Source: Deltaproteobacteria bacterium
Lineage (GTDB): Bacteria; Desulfobacterota_D; UBA1144; Nemesobacterales; CSP1-2
DNA: 64,000 nt
NCBI GenBank assembly: GCA_016187835.1
Contig: JACPIY010000079.1
Coordinates: 394 to 64,393, forward strand
Direction of reading: 5' to 3'
Positions 9,608-18,494 of the stretch are shown one piece after another. Every line of letters begins with the position of its first letter. Within the stretch, counting starts at the first letter, position 1. Position numbers and translations under genes: made by a program. A model generated the notes under the pieces. It made no database searches. It saw only the letters and a list, made by a program, of their open reading frames with translations, and had not been told where the DNA came from.

Positions 9608-10180
9608 TTATTTCTTCTTTATCCTCTCTATATAAGTTCCCGTTCTCGTATCTACTTTTATCACATCTCCAACGTCAACAAAAAGAGGCACGGAGATCGT
9701 TGATCCGGTTTCAAGTGTTGCAGGCTTAGTTGTATTTGATACGGTATCACCTTTTATGCCAGGTTCAGTTTCGGTTACTTGAAGTTCTACAGTTGTGGGT
9801 AAATCAACGCCAATCGGCTCGTCTTTATAAAAAAAGATATTAACTTCCTGCTGCTCTTTCAGAAACCTTGCCACATCTCCAATCTGCTTTCCGTTAAAGC
9901 CAAGCTGTTCGTAGGTTTCCGAGTCCATAAAGTAATACCCTATTCTATCTTTGTAAAGAAACTGCATAGTTTTTCTCTCAATATCAGGTATGTTAAACGT
10001 CTCACCGGATCGAAAGTTCATTTCCTGAACTGCGCCTGTGATTACGTTTCTGAGCTTTGTCTTTACTACAGGGCCTCGCTGAGCAACCTTTGAATGATGG
10101 TATTCTATAACTTCCCAAATCTGCCCCTCAAGCTCAATTTTGAGTCCCTTATAAAAGCCACTCGTATCAACAACTGCCAT
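9608..10180 (-). CDS. efp: Translation elongation factor P
   Basis: 'MAVVDTSGFYKGLKIELEGQIWEVIEYHHSKVAQRGPVVKTKLRNVITG...' matches full-length EF-P. Confidence 0.9.
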   Translation of the reverse strand: MAVVDTSGFYKGLKIELEGQIWEVIEYHHSKVAQRGPVVKTKLRNVITGAVQEMNFRSGETFNIPDIERKTMQFLYKDRIGYYFMDSETYEQLGFNGKQIGDVARFLKEQQEVNIFFYKDEPIGVDLPTTVELQVTETEPGIKGDTVSNTTKPATLETGSTISVPLFVDVGDVIKVDTRTGTYIERIKKK

Positions 10181-10183
10181 TCG

Positions 10184-10615
10184 TTAATGCCTCCTCTCGG
10201 ATAATTTTCTTCTCCACCATTCGCTGTGTTTTTTTTCATCAAATATAATGAGATTCAATATCTCCTGGTCATCCCTATTTCTACAGACGGTGGATGCGGC
10301 CTTCAGGAATAATCTTTCCATTTCTTCTCCCATCTGCATGAAAAAACACGTTCCTCTCCACCCTAAAACTGTAGCCGCTTTACCAATGGTTTCACCAAAT
10401 CTCTCAGCTATTTCTCCACCCTTTTTAGGCGTCTCAATTCCCAATTCATCGAGCCTCTTTACAGTCATCATAGTGTGTTTCCCTTCTTCCCTCATAAACT
10501 CCTCTATCTTTATTAGTCTGTCCTGTACTAAATAGAGATTTGATACGGATTCGTAAACGCCTATTGTTACCCTTTTTGAAATATAGATGAGCTTGAGTAC
10601 ATACCCCTTCTTCAT
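10184..10615 (-). CDS. Hypothetical protein, co-oriented between yacG and efp
   Basis: 143-aa ORF overlapping yacG by 4 nt. No motif recognised. Confidence 0.35.
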   Translation of the reverse strand: MKKGYVLKLIYISKRVTIGVYESVSNLYLVQDRLIKIEEFMREEGKHTMMTVKRLDELGIETPKKGGEIAERFGETIGKAATVLGWRGTCFFMQMGEEMERLFLKAASTVCRNRDDQEILNLIIFDEKKHSEWWRRKLSERRH

Positions 10616-10833
10616 TTTTCTTCATCTATTTCATTCAGTTGTTTTAGATTTTCATCTAATATTGGCTCTTCGGGAACCCTAAACCTCTCTGATGCCCAGG
10701 CACCGAGATCTAAGAGCTTGCATCTTTCTGAGCAAAAAGGTCTCCATTCCTTTCTTTCCCACTGGACTAATTTTGCGCATCTTGGGCACGTTACCTGCAT
10801 ATATCTTGAATTATGGCTAAGGCAATAGGACAA
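10612..10833 (-). CDS. yacG: DNA gyrase inhibitor YacG (zinc-ribbon)
   Basis: '[39 protein letters not shown]' is the four-Cys YacG motif. Confidence 0.7.
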   Translation of the reverse strand: MSYCLSHNSRYMQVTCPRCAKLVQWERKEWRPFCSERCKLLDLGAWASERFRVPEEPILDENLKQLNEIDEEK

Positions 10834-10876
10834 ATCAAGTGGCGGTGAACCCCGGGCCCGTCTACGATGACTGGTC

Positions 10877-11530
10877 TTACTTCAGTGGCAATTTAATTTC
10901 ACTTAAATCCAATCCTGTGATTCTCTTAAGTTCCCTTTCCGCTTCTTTAAGTCTTTTTTCTCTGAGAAGCCGAGGGATACTAGACATTGCAACTTGAGTA
11001 TATATATGCTTTCTCTTCTCAGCAGAAATATCGCGGAACTTTTTTCTTATGCGCCCCAGGATTTCCGTAAAAGCCTCATACTCTTCTCCAAAAGCATTCT
11101 CAAGCTCTATACTCAGCCTCCGTGAAAGTGCGGGACTTTTTCCACTTGTAGAAACGGTGAGCATAAATTCCCCCCGTCTCAACACTCCGGGGACGGTAAA
11201 ATCAGAGAGGCCCGGAGCGCTCACAACATTCACCAGAATACCAAGTCTTCTTGCTTCTTCTCCAACCTGGCGGTTTACTTTGCGACTGCTTGTTGACGCT
11301 ACCACCAGGTATGCTCCTCTTAAGTCCCCAGGTTTATAAGCTCTTTTTATGTATTTGATAACTCTTTTATCAGAGAGTTCCTTTAGCGCGGGGACAAGCT
11401 GTGGACTAATAACTTTAACATTTGCACCGCATTCAAGAAGCCCCAGCACCTTCCTTTCTGCAACCCTTCCTCCCCCCACAACTACACATTTTTTCCCCTA
11501 TAAATTCAGATTGACAGGATATTGCTTCAT
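10877..11530 (-). CDS. Precorrin-2 dehydrogenase / sirohydrochlorin ferrochelatase (SirC / CysG N-domain-like); in-frame TAG at codon 11
   Basis: From ATG (revcomp 11528-11530, overlapping the gmhA stop as TAATG) the frame reads '[42 protein letters not shown]'. This aligns with CysG/SirC N-termini through the TAG at 11498-11500. The ORF track starts at GTG 11479 ('[10 protein letters not shown]...'), which would delete the Rossmann beta1 strand. Confidence 0.65.
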
Positions 11531-12120
11531 TATTTAGAGGTATCTTTCTTATTATTACAAACCGCATCCTCGATCAATTCACATATAATATGGGCAACCG
11601 TAATATGCAGCTCCTGAACCCTTGGCGTCGATGTAGAAGGCACGTTAATACAACAGTCAACAATCTTATTTATCTTTCCTGCATCCCCTCCGGTAAACCC
11701 TATGGTTTTAAGCCCCTCTGATTTTGCGAACTCAAGTGCCTTTACAATATTTGGGGATTTTGCGCTTGTTGAAATTCCCCATGCAACATCCACTTTTTTC
11801 CCAAGGGCTTCAATCTGTCTCAAGAATATATTATCAAAGGATGTATCGTTGCCTATTGATGTAAGAATTGAACTATCAGTAGTAAGTGCAATTGCAGGAA
11901 GTGCCTTACGCTCCTTCTGGTAGCGATTCACAAACTCCGCCGCAATGTGCTGGGCATCGGCCGCACTTCCACCGTTTCCAAAAATTAATATCTTCCCGCC
12001 TGCTTTGAGTGATTTATGGATAATATTTGTTGCTTCTGCTATTTCTTTTATAGACTCTTTTGCAAATCGAAGTTTTAGCTCCGCACTCTCCCTCAGTTTT
12101 GAAATTATTTGCTCTTTCAT
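11530..12120 (-). CDS. gmhA: SIS-domain phosphoheptose isomerase (GmhA/DiaA-like)
   Basis: 'ILIFGNGGSAADAQHIAAEFVNRY' SIS motif. Length 196 aa. Confidence 0.7.
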   Translation of the reverse strand: MKEQIISKLRESAELKLRFAKESIKEIAEATNIIHKSLKAGGKILIFGNGGSAADAQHIAAEFVNRYQKERKALPAIALTTDSSILTSIGNDTSFDNIFLRQIEALGKKVDVAWGISTSAKSPNIVKALEFAKSEGLKTIGFTGGDAGKINKIVDCCINVPSTSTPRVQELHITVAHIICELIEDAVCNNKKDTSK

Positions 12121-12123
12121 AGA

Positions 12124-13947
12124 CTATGATCTCTTAAACATTTTCTCGAGTGCCTGAAACGTAATTTCGCTTGCCACTGGCCTTCCATGAGGACAGGAAT
12201 GTGGAAACTCGGCGCGGTCTAGCTCTTCTAAAAGTGCCCTCATTTTTTCCTGATTGAGTTCCTGACTTGCCCGAACCGAGGAATGACAGGCAATTGTGCA
12301 AATTACATGATCAATATCCTCTTCAAGACTCTTTCCCTCGCCCAGCATTACAATCTCTCCTAACACATCCTTTACAAGCCTTTCTACATCCGCATTCTTA
12401 AGTATCGAAGGAATTGATCTTATAAGGAATGAATCCTTTCCAAATTCTTCAAGCTTTATTCCCAGATTTTCTATCTCCTGCTTATGCTTCTCCAGCAGCT
12501 TGGCTTCATAAGGGGATAGTTCGATCGTTAGTGGAATAAGGAGTTCCTGTTTCACAAGACCGTCCTGTTTTGCATAAGCGTTTTTTAGTTTCTCGTAATT
12601 GACCCTTTCGTGTGCAGCATGCTGGTCAATAAGAATCATGCCCTTTTTTGATGCACAGATTATATAAAGCTTTCCTAGTTGTCCAATTATCTCGAGCTCG
12701 GAGAAAAAGCCCTCTTTTTTGAAAAGATAAGGAGATGTCGTCTCGTGTGAATCAGAAAGGCTCTCAACAATTGTGGAGGATGGTTCATCCACTCGTAATT
12801 CGCTAGTAGTTATGTTTTTTAAAGGTTCATTTTCTTGTTCGTATGAATAATGAGATGAGAAAGAAGCCTTCTTTGGTCCGTCTAAGCGTATAGGCTCAAA
12901 AGATGCCCTTCTTTCAAAAAACCCCTGGACTGCATTTTCAATCCTTTGATGATAGCCTTTTATCCAGGGAGACTGTCTTAACATATCAAACACCGAAGCT
13001 TTTATCAAATCCCCTACGAGTTTAGTTCTTTTAAACCTCACCTCGTTTTTTGTTGGATGGACGTTTACGTCAACTTCCTCGGATGGGATATCTATAAAGA
13101 GAACTCCCTGTGGAAATTTCCCCCTTTCAATTAACTTTCCGTATGAATCGATCATCATCCGTGTAAGAAACCTGTCCCTTACCGCCCTCAAATTAACGTA
13201 GGCGTAGAGCTTCTGCGTGGTGGATCTTGTATCCCCAGGATTGCTCATAAATCCGTAAACCTTAATTCCCTCGGATTCCGCCTCAACTTCAAAAAGCTCT
13301 ACGTCAGGGAAAATTCCAGATAACCTTTCCTCGATTGCCTTCCTCTGGGGTAATTGAATTAAGGTCTCTCCTTCGTGTAATACTTCAAATCCCACACCGG
13401 GACGAGAGAGGGCTTCTCTTTGAACAATATCAAGGACGTTTGTAAGCTCGGTTTCCGTTGTTTTCATAAATTTTAGCCTAGCAGGAGTATTATAGAAAAG
13501 ATTCCCTACCTCAACGGTTGTTCCCTGAGGACACCCTGTTTCTTCGACGCCTTTTATTGTTCCGCCCTCCACTAAAATCCTGACTCCAGCGATTTCGTCT
13601 TTTGTCCTTGTTGTAAGTCTAAACCTGGAAACGCTCGCAATGCTTGGAAGCGCCTCCCCCCGAAACCCAAGCGTTCTTATTGAAAAAAGATCCTTTATAT
13701 CTCTGATTCTGCTAGTGGCGTGACGTTCAAGAGAAAGAAGCGCATCGTCCCTTGTCATACCATCACCATTATCTGAAACGCCTATCAGTTTTTTCCCGCC
13801 TGTTCTAAGTTCTATCTGTATCAATGTGCTTCCTGCATCAAGAGAGTTTTCAAGAAGTTCTTTTACGACAGATGCGGGTCTTTCCACTATTTCCCCGGCC
13901 GCGATTTTGGAGACAAGTTGATCAGTAAGAATTCTAATCTTTCCCAT
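12124..13947 (-). CDS. mutL: DNA mismatch repair protein MutL
   Basis: GHKL ATPase N-terminus 'IAAGEIVERPASVVKELLENSLDAG' and C-terminal 'CPHGRP' endonuclease motif. Confidence 0.9.
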   Translation of the reverse strand: MGKIRILTDQLVSKIAAGEIVERPASVVKELLENSLDAGSTLIQIELRTGGKKLIGVSDNGDGMTRDDALLSLERHATSRIRDIKDLFSIRTLGFRGEALPSIASVSRFRLTTRTKDEIAGVRILVEGGTIKGVEETGCPQGTTVEVGNLFYNTPARLKFMKTTETELTNVLDIVQREALSRPGVGFEVLHEGETLIQLPQRKAIEERLSGIFPDVELFEVEAESEGIKVYGFMSNPGDTRSTTQKLYAYVNLRAVRDRFLTRMMIDSYGKLIERGKFPQGVLFIDIPSEEVDVNVHPTKNEVRFKRTKLVGDLIKASVFDMLRQSPWIKGYHQRIENAVQGFFERRASFEPIRLDGPKKASFSSHYSYEQENEPLKNITTSELRVDEPSSTIVESLSDSHETTSPYLFKKEGFFSELEIIGQLGKLYIICASKKGMILIDQHAAHERVNYEKLKNAYAKQDGLVKQELLIPLTIELSPYEAKLLEKHKQEIENLGIKLEEFGKDSFLIRSIPSILKNADVERLVKDVLGEIVMLGEGKSLEEDIDHVICTIACHSSVRASQELNQEKMRALLEELDRAEFPHSCPHGRPVASEITFQALEKMFKRS

Positions 13948-14056
13948 TTCTCAAGAAGCCAGTTTACATAAAGGGAGAAGCGGAGTCAAAATGGGATTTG
14001 AGCGGCTATATTTCTGTTTACGACTACAGAAGGTTATACAGTTAAGCACACATTGA

Positions 14057-14405
14057 CTATGTTTTCTTCTGGGCTTTCCCCTTTGCAGGTTTAGATTTCT
14101 TAGCTCTGCTCTTTGTTCCGGTTTTGAGCGCTGATATGAATGAATCTATAGAAATCGCTGCGAGCGTCATTATCTCCACCGTGCCTCGGGAACATAAATC
14201 CACAGAGACCTTGCTTATGGTTTCGTTATCCGGTGCATCAACTATGTTTATGAAATCGTAGAGACCGAGCGTTGCATATTGGTCAATCACCTTTACACCC
14301 ATTTTTTTCCAATTCCTTATCTACCTCTTTTATTCTTCCCGGCCTCTCCTTTATTGTTTTTCTTCCATCGGGTGTAAGTTTACTTAGTAATATATAAGTA
14401 CCCAT
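14057..14405 (-). pseudogene. GYD-domain protein gene with a frameshift in an A7 homopolymer
   Basis: Upstream part (ATG revcomp 14403-14405) reads 'MGTYILLSKLTPDGRKTIKERPGRIKEVDKELEKNGCKGD*'. Downstream ORF 14057-14302 reads 'MGVKVIDQYATLGLYDFINIVDAPDNETISKVSVDLCSRGTVEIMTLAA...'. Together they form a canonical GYD protein. An A run of 6 instead of 7 (plus-strand T7 at ~14305-14311) would fuse them. Confidence 0.5.
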
Positions 14406-14594
14406 AATATCCCTCCTTAAAATCTATATTTAGCCCTTAATTACTCTTATACCATTTTTTATCACTATTAATCAAGAGCTTTTAAGTATTAATAATGCTA
14501 ATTAATACAAAGCATGAGGAAATAATGGACAGAGCGCTACTATTTTAACTCCTATAATGTATAATCTTATTCAAATCCAGATGGGGGAGCAACG

Positions 14595-16229
14595 ATGAAG
14601 TATAAATTACTATGGGACAATATCACTCTCGGAATTAACAAGTTGCCAAATAACTCCTTAGTTGTTTTATTTGCCGCTTTTTGTTTAGTTGGGGGGTTTA
14701 CATTATTCGCAGATGCTTTGCCTAAAGCTGAATCTCCCAAGGATGTAATTGAGGTTAAGGATTTTAAGTGGAGATCGGGCGGTATGGGTATGGCTGGCAT
14801 AATTAAAGAGATAACTCTCGACAACAAAGGTAAGATGACATACAAAAACATAGAGATAGAAGTAGAGCTATACACGAATAACGATATACCGCTTGGCTCT
14901 TTAAGGTCTACTATTCACAACGTTCTTGAAGGTGGGAGCGAGAAAACCTTTTATAACGTTAACTTTGGAATCATGCATTCGGAGCTAGAAAAAACCGCCT
15001 TTAGAGTGACTGGAGCAGAGTTAGTGGAAAAGGGACCTCCCAGTCTTCCAAAAGACCTAATTCTCGTAAAAAACTGGGAGTGGTCAGGTGCTCAATACGG
15101 TACCGAAGGTATCCTCAAAGAAATCACTCTCGAGAATAGAAGTGATAGGAATTATAAAGACATAAAAATAATGGTAGGAAATTTAGGCGTGGGCGATTCC
15201 AATAAAGTTGGTTATGATGGTTACACCAGTAGAGCCGTAATCCACGATGTCCTTCCTGCAAAGAGTACAAAAACGTTTAAAGATATAAACGTTGGATTCA
15301 AACACCCTGCCACGAAGGAAAGCTATATCAGTGTTATAGATGCAAAACTCATATCCGCTAAAGAGCTCAGATACCGCCTGTCCGAAAAGGGTGTACGGGT
15401 AAAAAAGAAAACAAAGAAGGTAGCCAAGAAAACCGGTGGAGAAACAAGTGGTGAGACTGCTGAAAATGAATCCCAACTATCAGAAAAGACAGTTAGCGAG
15501 GAAGAGTCAAAGCTAACGCTTGCTGAGAGATATAGACAGAAGCTCTCTCAAAAGACGGAAGAAACATCAACACCTCAATCTCCTGAAACTGCCGAATCTT
15601 CCGGTGAGATACCCAAAGAAACCGAGTCTCAAGAGAAAGAAGTTCCCTCTACATCCTCTGAGAAAGAAACTGCCGAAGATATCGAATCCGAGGAAGGGTC
15701 CTCTTCCGAAGATGGAATTATCGGGAAAGTCTCTAAATTGGGAAAGAGCATAGTAGGAATATTTAAAGACGATTCCGAGGAAATCGAAGAAGAAGCAGAA
15801 GAAGCCGAAACTTCCACTTCAGAGAGAGAAGAGTCCTCTCGAGGAGATGCCGAGGTTTCATCTACTGAGGGAGAAACAACTACAGTTCTTGAAATTCCTG
15901 AAGAGGAAGAAGAGGAAGAGGTTGCCATTCCTAAGGACGACATTATTGTAAAGGACTTTAAGTGGGGAGGGGGTGTGACCGGAACTATAGGTACACTCGA
16001 GGAGATCACGCTTGAAAATAGAAGTGGTATTAATTATAGAAACATTCAACTTGCTGTAGAATTCTTTGGGGGATCAGATAGAAGGCCTCTCGGTTCCAAC
16101 AAGATTACAATCTACGGTTCTCTTCCTGCAAATAGCGAAAAGGTATTTCGGAACGTAAAGATTGGGTTTTTAAATTCTATTCCTGAAGATGTAGTCATAA
16201 GAGCTGTAGATGCTACCGCTGTAATGTGA
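14595..16229 (+). CDS. Membrane-anchored secreted protein with three ~95-aa internal repeats and a long acidic Ser/Glu/Thr-rich spacer
   Basis: N-terminal TM/signal anchor. Repeats begin 'VKDFKWRSGGMGMAGIIKEITLDNKG', 'VKNWEWSGAQYGTEGILKEITLENRS' and 'VKDFKWGGGVTGTIGTLEEITLENRS'. Low-complexity E/S/T region at aa ~270-440. Confidence 0.6.
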   Translation: MKYKLLWDNITLGINKLPNNSLVVLFAAFCLVGGFTLFADALPKAESPKDVIEVKDFKWRSGGMGMAGIIKEITLDNKGKMTYKNIEIEVELYTNNDIPLGSLRSTIHNVLEGGSEKTFYNVNFGIMHSELEKTAFRVTGAELVEKGPPSLPKDLILVKNWEWSGAQYGTEGILKEITLENRSDRNYKDIKIMVGNLGVGDSNKVGYDGYTSRAVIHDVLPAKSTKTFKDINVGFKHPATKESYISVIDAKLISAKELRYRLSEKGVRVKKKTKKVAKKTGGETSGETAENESQLSEKTVSEEESKLTLAERYRQKLSQKTEETSTPQSPETAESSGEIPKETESQEKEVPSTSSEKETAEDIESEEGSSSEDGIIGKVSKLGKSIVGIFKDDSEEIEEEAEEAETSTSEREESSRGDAEVSSTEGETTTVLEIPEEEEEEEVAIPKDDIIVKDFKWGGGVTGTIGTLEEITLENRSGINYRNIQLAVEFFGGSDRRPLGSNKITIYGSLPANSEKVFRNVKIGFLNSIPEDVVIRAVDATAVM

Positions 16230-16256
16230 CAACTTAATGATATTGATCTATTTTAT

Positions 16257-17909
16257 ATGGAGAAAAGAAAAGAGAATAAAAAGCTCGATTTCCTGAGCGA
16301 CTTATTCGAGTACTCACTAAGAAATGACTTTGTGGATACCATAAGTTATCTAGGTATCAACTCAGACTGTTTAATCCCCAACTTGTCTCTTTTTGTTTCG
16401 GTGGATTTAGAGGCCGAAGAGTGTCTTGTATTTGCGCATAGAAAAGTCAAAAAGAGCTATTTATCATCCATTTTAGAGAACATCAGAGAAGTCGCATTAA
16501 ATAACTCGTTGGTTTTAGAATTGTCGGAATACAAAACAAGGATTCTACCTCAAGAAGAATTTATAGGCACGGAGGGTCCCAATCAGCCAAACTTCACCTT
16601 TACAGTCCCAATATTTGCAGGAGGCAAATCAAGGGCATTTCTCAGCTTCTCAAAAAGTGGCTACCTCGGTCCTGACACGAACGACGTTTCTTATATCAAC
16701 TTGATAGTGGATTTCCTTTCCGCACTTTGGGAGCGTGAAGCAAAGGAAATCTTGGAGAGACAAAATATCGAAAAACTCGCACTTGTAGACCCTCTTACAG
16801 GGGTTTTCAACCGTCGTGCTTTTCAGAAATTGTTTTCTCAAGACTTATCAGAAGCAAAAAGAAACGGCACCCCACTTAGCCTCGTAGTGTTTGACATAGA
16901 TGGATTCAAAGAAATAAACGATTCTCATGGTCACTCTTTTGGCGATATGATCCTCAAGCGAATAACGTCTGAGTTTAAAAAGCTGCTAAGAGAAGAGGAT
17001 AAAATGTTTAGACTCGGCGGAGATGAATTCGCAGTACTTATGAAAGCGGATAAAGAAGTGACATATTCAGTAATCCACAGAATTGTAAAGGGAATCTCAA
17101 ATATTAGAACTATTAGAATTACTCTAAGCGGAGGCATCGTTGAGATAAATCCTTATAATGGAGTCAGTGTTGATGATTTGATGAGACAGGCTGACAAGAC
17201 TCTATATCTTGCAAAGGAAAGCGGTAGGAATCAGATTCTATTCTATGAGGATGAGAAATCAAAAATCAAATCTGATGGACTTCTTTTGGATAAAACGGTT
17301 GAACGTCTTTCAGACGATATTAATCTCAAGCTCAAAGAGCTTGCCACTGAGCAACTAGCCTCTATTTATTCATCTCTGACTAAAATAGATAAATCCATTT
17401 ATGAAAAACCTAACAGTGTTTCAAAATATGCAATCAGCTTGGGAAAAGAATTAAACCTACCTGAAAATAGGCTTCAAAATCTCAAACTAGGTGCTTTCCT
17501 TTACGATATTGGCATGATAACTGTACCGGAGAGTATAATACTTAAAAATACGAATCTCTCTCACGAAGAATACGAGTTAATCAGACATCATACAATAATA
17601 GGAGGAAGAATGATCCAGCGATTCCCAATTCTGCGTGAAGTTCTTGCCATAGCGCTCTACCACCACGAATGGATCAACGGCAAAGGATATCCCTTTGGAC
17701 TCACTGGAGATTATATACCGCTTGAAGCAAGGGTAATTGCTGTAGCAGATGCCTTTTATGCTATGCATAGCAACCGCCCCTACCGCTCTGCCCTTTCAAA
17801 AGAGGAGTCAATTTCAGAAATAATAAAAGGGAGAGGTATAAAATACGACTCCCTAGTGGTTGAAGCATTTCTTGCATTGATTGAAAGAAAAATAATAGCC
17901 CCAGATTAA
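16257..17909 (+). CDS. GGDEF diguanylate cyclase fused to an HD-GYP phosphodiesterase, with an uncharacterised N-terminal domain
   Basis: 'RLGGDEFAVL' GGDEF motif. C-terminal 'HHEWINGKGYPFGL' HD-GYP motif. Confidence 0.8.
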   Translation: MEKRKENKKLDFLSDLFEYSLRNDFVDTISYLGINSDCLIPNLSLFVSVDLEAEECLVFAHRKVKKSYLSSILENIREVALNNSLVLELSEYKTRILPQEEFIGTEGPNQPNFTFTVPIFAGGKSRAFLSFSKSGYLGPDTNDVSYINLIVDFLSALWEREAKEILERQNIEKLALVDPLTGVFNRRAFQKLFSQDLSEAKRNGTPLSLVVFDIDGFKEINDSHGHSFGDMILKRITSEFKKLLREEDKMFRLGGDEFAVLMKADKEVTYSVIHRIVKGISNIRTIRITLSGGIVEINPYNGVSVDDLMRQADKTLYLAKESGRNQILFYEDEKSKIKSDGLLLDKTVERLSDDINLKLKELATEQLASIYSSLTKIDKSIYEKPNSVSKYAISLGKELNLPENRLQNLKLGAFLYDIGMITVPESIILKNTNLSHEEYELIRHHTIIGGRMIQRFPILREVLAIALYHHEWINGKGYPFGLTGDYIPLEARVIAVADAFYAMHSNRPYRSALSKEESISEIIKGRGIKYDSLVVEAFLALIERKIIAPD

Positions 17910-17962
17910 TGCTACTAAATATTAACCGAAATAGACTGCCACTCGCTGCAATCGAGCTTCAA

Positions 17963-18037
17963 TGGTGGGCGGTACTGGATTTGAACCAGCGACTTCCACC
18001 GTGTGAGGATGGCACTCTACCGCTGAGTTAACCGCCC
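17963..18037 (-). tRNA. tRNA-Val (anticodon CAC)
   Basis: Minus strand folds as a 75-nt cloverleaf: acceptor GGGCGGT/ACCGCCC, D-stem ACTC/GAGT, anticodon stem CCATC/GGTGG with loop CUCACAC (U33, CAC, A37), T-loop TTCAAAT, encoded 3' CCA. Confidence 0.85.
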
Positions 18038-18105
18038 TGATTCCTATTTATATTTGAGAAAAATAATTACAAACCCTTTCCGCTTCCCCATCCCAGGGAT
18101 AAATC

Positions 18106-18336
18106 TCAAAACTCTTCTTCAACAGTAATAAGCTTTTCGGCCTCTTCTATAATTTCACCTAGCCTTTCTCTAAAAAGCTTGATTCCACCAAGCGGAATTA
18201 CAATGCAGGATCTTCCACCACTCAGTTCCGTTATTCTGAGGTACTTTCCTTTGTGGTTTTCTTTTACATCAAAGAAAAACCTCTTAGACTCGATATCCAC
18301 GTGTTTACTTACGTGCTCTTTCTCTGGCTTTTCCAT
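18106..18336 (-). CDS. PUR-alpha-like (DUF3276-type) nucleic-acid-binding protein
   Basis: 'SKRFFFDVKENHKGKYLRITELSGGRSCIVIPLGGIKLFRERLGEII' matches the PUR repeat consensus (KRFy.DVK.N.RG.fLrIsE...R..I.iP..g...Fr..L). Confidence 0.55.
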   Translation of the reverse strand: MEKPEKEHVSKHVDIESKRFFFDVKENHKGKYLRITELSGGRSCIVIPLGGIKLFRERLGEIIEEAEKLITVEEEF

Positions 18337-18494
18337 CTTTAATTCTACCTCCGCCTCTTTCCTTCTTTCAGGGGATTCTATCCTTCTGGGTAGGAAATAA
18401 TAACCCTATGCTCTGAAAAAATCAAGAAAAAAAAGCAATCATGATTTATATTATGTATAATAGCAATTAACCGAAGAAAAAAGGAGGTAAAGAG

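Noticed and set aside
15400-15950. Possible CRISPR or tandem DNA repeat in the GAA/GAG-rich stretch
   Set aside because: It is codon-level low complexity (poly-Glu/Ser) inside a CDS, not a spacer-repeat array.
15629-16049. Minus-strand ORFs rich in poly-Ser/Glu inside the repeat-protein gene
   Set aside because: They mirror the acidic low-complexity coding region of the plus-strand gene.
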